NCBI GenBank assembly: GCA_965229605.1 | Contig: OZ245892.1 | Location: 1,911,238-1,975,237, forward strand | Source of the DNA: Alphaproteobacteria bacterium | GTDB lineage: Bacteria; Pseudomonadota; Alphaproteobacteria; CBDDJK01 | Direction of reading: 5' to 3' | Length of the DNA stretch: 64,000 bases | In this document: piece by piece, positions 61,819 through 64,000 of the stretch | How positions within the stretch are numbered: position 1 is the stretch's first letter | Layout of the letters: every line of letters starts with the position of its first letter | The notes under the pieces: model-generated | Databases searched by the model: none | Seen by the model: only the letters and a program-made list of their open reading frames with translations | What the model was told of the DNA's origin: nothing | Made by a program: the position numbers and the translations under genes

Positions 61819-62529
61819 ATGGTGATGAAGCTTTACGAACTTTGCGGCAAGGATGAGGCTCGCCGTTTCAGCCCCTTTGTCTGGCGGACGAGGTTGGCTC
61901 TGGCGCATAAGGGTTTGGCTTTTGAGGGCATTCCCTGGCGTTTTACGGATAAAGAGGCGATAGCTTTTACTGGACAAGGCAAAGTGCCGGTGCTGATTGA
62001 TGGGGACAATTCTGTTTTTGATTCGTGGGAGATTGCGCTTTATCTGGACAGGGCCTATGCGGATCGCCCGCGCCTGATCCCGGAGGGGGCTGAAGGGCTG
62101 ATGCGAACTTTCAACACCTGGGCAGATACCCAGTATCATTCGCATGTTCGCCCGCTGGTTCTGATGGCGATTATGGATGCGCTGGACGAGAAGGATGCGA
62201 CTTATTTCCGGGAAACCCGGGAGGCTCTTTTTAAAGTCCCTCTTGAGGAGGTTGCTGGCCCGGACCCGCTTGCGCATCTTCCGGCTTTTCGGAATTGCTT
62301 GCAGCCGGTGCGTACGACCTTGAGTCAGTCGGCTTTTATGGGAGGTGAGGCTCCGAATTATGCCGATCATATTGTTATGGCGAGTATTATGTGGATCAAG
62401 ACGGTGACGCCTCTGGCTTTATTTACGGCGGATGACCCGCTTTTTGACTGGGGCAACCGGATGCTGGCGCAGTATGATGGAGAGGCTGGCAAAGCTCCCG
62501 GCTTTCCCTTTAAAGCCGCCACCAGTTAA
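61819..62529 (+). CDS. Glutathione S-transferase family protein
   Basis: GST N-terminal thioredoxin-like fold MKLYELCG...VPVLIDG. The ATG at 61819 follows a GGAGAGG ribosome-binding site. Confidence 0.7.
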   Translation: MVMKLYELCGKDEARRFSPFVWRTRLALAHKGLAFEGIPWRFTDKEAIAFTGQGKVPVLIDGDNSVFDSWEIALYLDRAYADRPRLIPEGAEGLMRTFNTWADTQYHSHVRPLVLMAIMDALDEKDATYFRETREALFKVPLEEVAGPDPLAHLPAFRNCLQPVRTTLSQSAFMGGEAPNYADHIVMASIMWIKTVTPLALFTADDPLFDWGNRMLAQYDGEAGKAPGFPFKAATS

Positions 62530-62559
62530 ACCGCCACCAGTTCAAAAGGAGTTCGCCGC

Positions 62560-63252
62560 ATGATTGACCTCTATTACTGGACCACGCCGAATGGTCACAA
62601 GATCACCATCTTTCTTGAAGAGGCCGGGCTTGAGTATAACCTCCATCCGGTCAATATCGGCAAAGGGGAGCAGTTTGAGCCAGATTTCTTAAAAATCTCG
62701 CCAAATAACCGGATTCCAGCTCTGGTTGACAGTGAATCACCAGCAGGCGGCGAACAAGTACTCTTTGAATCAGGCGCAATCCTGCTCTATCTTGCTGAAA
62801 AAACCGGGCAGTTCGGCGGCACCAGTTCTTCTGAAAAATACGACGTGCTGCAATGGCTGATGTGGCAAATGGGCGGGCTTGGCCCAATGCTCGGACAAAA
62901 TCACCATTTCAGCACCTATGCACCCGAAAAAATTCCCTATGCAATCAATCGCTATCAAAAAGAAGCCGAACGTCTCTATGCTGTCCTGGACAAGCAGCTT
63001 GCCGGACGCGACTTCATCACCGGGGCCTATTCAATCGCCGATATGGCTTGCTATCCGTGGATTGTGCCCTATGAACGCCAGGGCATCACCATTGAAGAAT
63101 TCCCAAATCTCCAACGCTGGTTCCTGTCGATCAAAGCCCGCCCGGCTGTCGAACGGGCCTATGCGCTGGTCGATAAAATCAGCCCGCCCAAAGGCTTTGA
63201 CGATCAGGCAAAGTCCATCCTGTTCGGGCAAGGCCGAGACCGGGTTTCTTGA
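62560..63252 (+). CDS. Glutathione S-transferase family protein
   Basis: MIDLYYWTTPNGHKITIFLEEAGL...RIPALVD, with a GST N-terminal domain and an alpha-helical C-terminal domain. Confidence 0.7.
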   Translation: MIDLYYWTTPNGHKITIFLEEAGLEYNLHPVNIGKGEQFEPDFLKISPNNRIPALVDSESPAGGEQVLFESGAILLYLAEKTGQFGGTSSSEKYDVLQWLMWQMGGLGPMLGQNHHFSTYAPEKIPYAINRYQKEAERLYAVLDKQLAGRDFITGAYSIADMACYPWIVPYERQGITIEEFPNLQRWFLSIKARPAVERAYALVDKISPPKGFDDQAKSILFGQGRDRVS

Positions 63253-63270
63253 AGCGTATAAAAGTGGGTG

Positions 63271-64000
63271 ATGACAATGGATGAGCTAAAGCCGGAAACC
63301 GCCGCGATCTTTGGGTTGCAAGGGCTTGCCCTTAGCGATGAAGAACGGGATTTTTTCCAGCAGGTGCAACCGATTGGCTATATCCTGTTTGCCCGCAATA
63401 TTGACACCCCCGATCAGGTCAAGGCCCTGACCCGTGATTTGCGGGCGATTTCCCCTGATATAAAAAACCTGCCGATCCTGATTGATCAGGAAGGCGGGCG
63501 GGTGCAGCGGCTGCGCCCGCCGCACTGGCAAGATTTGCCCCCGGCGGCCTCTTATGGGGACCTCTTTGCCCGTCATCCGAACCAGGCGAAAAAAGCCTGT
63601 GCGCTTGGGCATCGGCTGATAGGCCGCGCCCTGCATGATCTGGGGATCACCGTGAATTGTGCGCCGGTTGCAGATGTCGCGGACCCGCAGGGTCATCCGG
63701 TAATTGGTGATCGCGCCTTTTCAAGCGATCCGATGATTGCGACCGAGCTGGCAGCGATTGCAGCTTCGGCCTTTCTGAGTGAAGGGGTTCTTCCCGTGGT
63801 TAAACATGTCCCCGGGCATGGACGGGCAAATTCTGACAGCCATGAAAGCCTGCCGGTGATTGAGACCAGCCTGGAGGATTTATCCAAAAGAGACTTTATC
63901 CCCTTTTCAAACCTTGCCAGTCTGCCGCTTATGATGATGGCGCATGTGCTTTATACGGAACTTGATCCTGATCATCCGGCCAGCCAGTCGTCTGAAATCA
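63271..64000 (+). CDS. nagZ: Beta-N-acetylhexosaminidase (GH3), partial with the 3' end outside the window
   Basis: Manual translation from the ATG at 63271 gives MTMDELKPETAAIFGLQGLALSDEERDFF...KHVPGHGRANSDSHESLPV (the KH(F/V)PGHG motif of NagZ). It is not in the ORF track because it runs off the edge. Confidence 0.7.
   Translation, partial: MTMDELKPETAAIFGLQGLALSDEERDFFQQVQPIGYILFARNIDTPDQVKALTRDLRAISPDIKNLPILIDQEGGRVQRLRPPHWQDLPPAASYGDLFARHPNQAKKACALGHRLIGRALHDLGITVNCAPVADVADPQGHPVIGDRAFSSDPMIATELAAIAASAFLSEGVLPVVKHVPGHGRANSDSHESLPVIETSLEDLSKRDFIPFSNLASLPLMMMAHVLYTELDPDHPASQSSEI

Noticed and set aside
63286-63696. 136-aa minus-strand ORF from the track
   Set aside because: It lies antisense within a clearly conserved nagZ (GH3) reading frame on the plus strand carrying the KHVPGHG motif.

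Overview
This is a 64 kb chromosomal window with the gene content and synteny of an alphaproteobacterium (about 53-55% GC; tilS-ftsH, argF-hslO, hpf-ptsN, ctpA followed by a divergent polysaccharide deacetylase, rpsB-tsf-pyrH-frr, rplT-pheS-pheT). Coding is dense and mostly housekeeping. There is a long minus-strand run (pheST, tatABC, ccmCD, lipA), a complete zinc-uptake module (zur-znuCB divergent from znuA with a palindromic Zur box), and leuA, tilS, ftsH, argB and the rpsB-tsf-pyrH-frr block. Further along are argF-hslO, an RND efflux pair, a peptide-type ABC importer with a fused double ATPase, xer, ligA, trpF, crcB, ptsN/hpf, rppH, ctpA, lpdA, a ThiPQ-like importer, ArsR, two GSTs and a partial nagZ. 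Three things stand out. (1) tRNA-Leu(UAA) (36954-37306) is split by a 266-nt group I intron at the canonical U34/A35 anticodon site, with a U.G P1 pair, GACUA/UAGUC P7-like elements and a terminal G. (2) A roughly 2.7 kb low-GC islet (18338-21100) lies between a PfkB kinase gene and tilS. It carries an intact TaqI-like gamma-class N6-adenine DNA methyltransferase immediately preceded by a decayed PD-(D/E)xK-like endonuclease gene that has an in-frame TGA and a homopolymer frameshift. The islet has no integrase and looks like a relic restriction-modification system, now an orphan methyltransferase. (3) Two genes carry tandem repeats: a 15-bp x5 repeat gives a (PETLT)n tail on CcmD, and ZnuA has an unusually long His/Asp-repeat loop. 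No CRISPR array, rRNA or transposase was seen.
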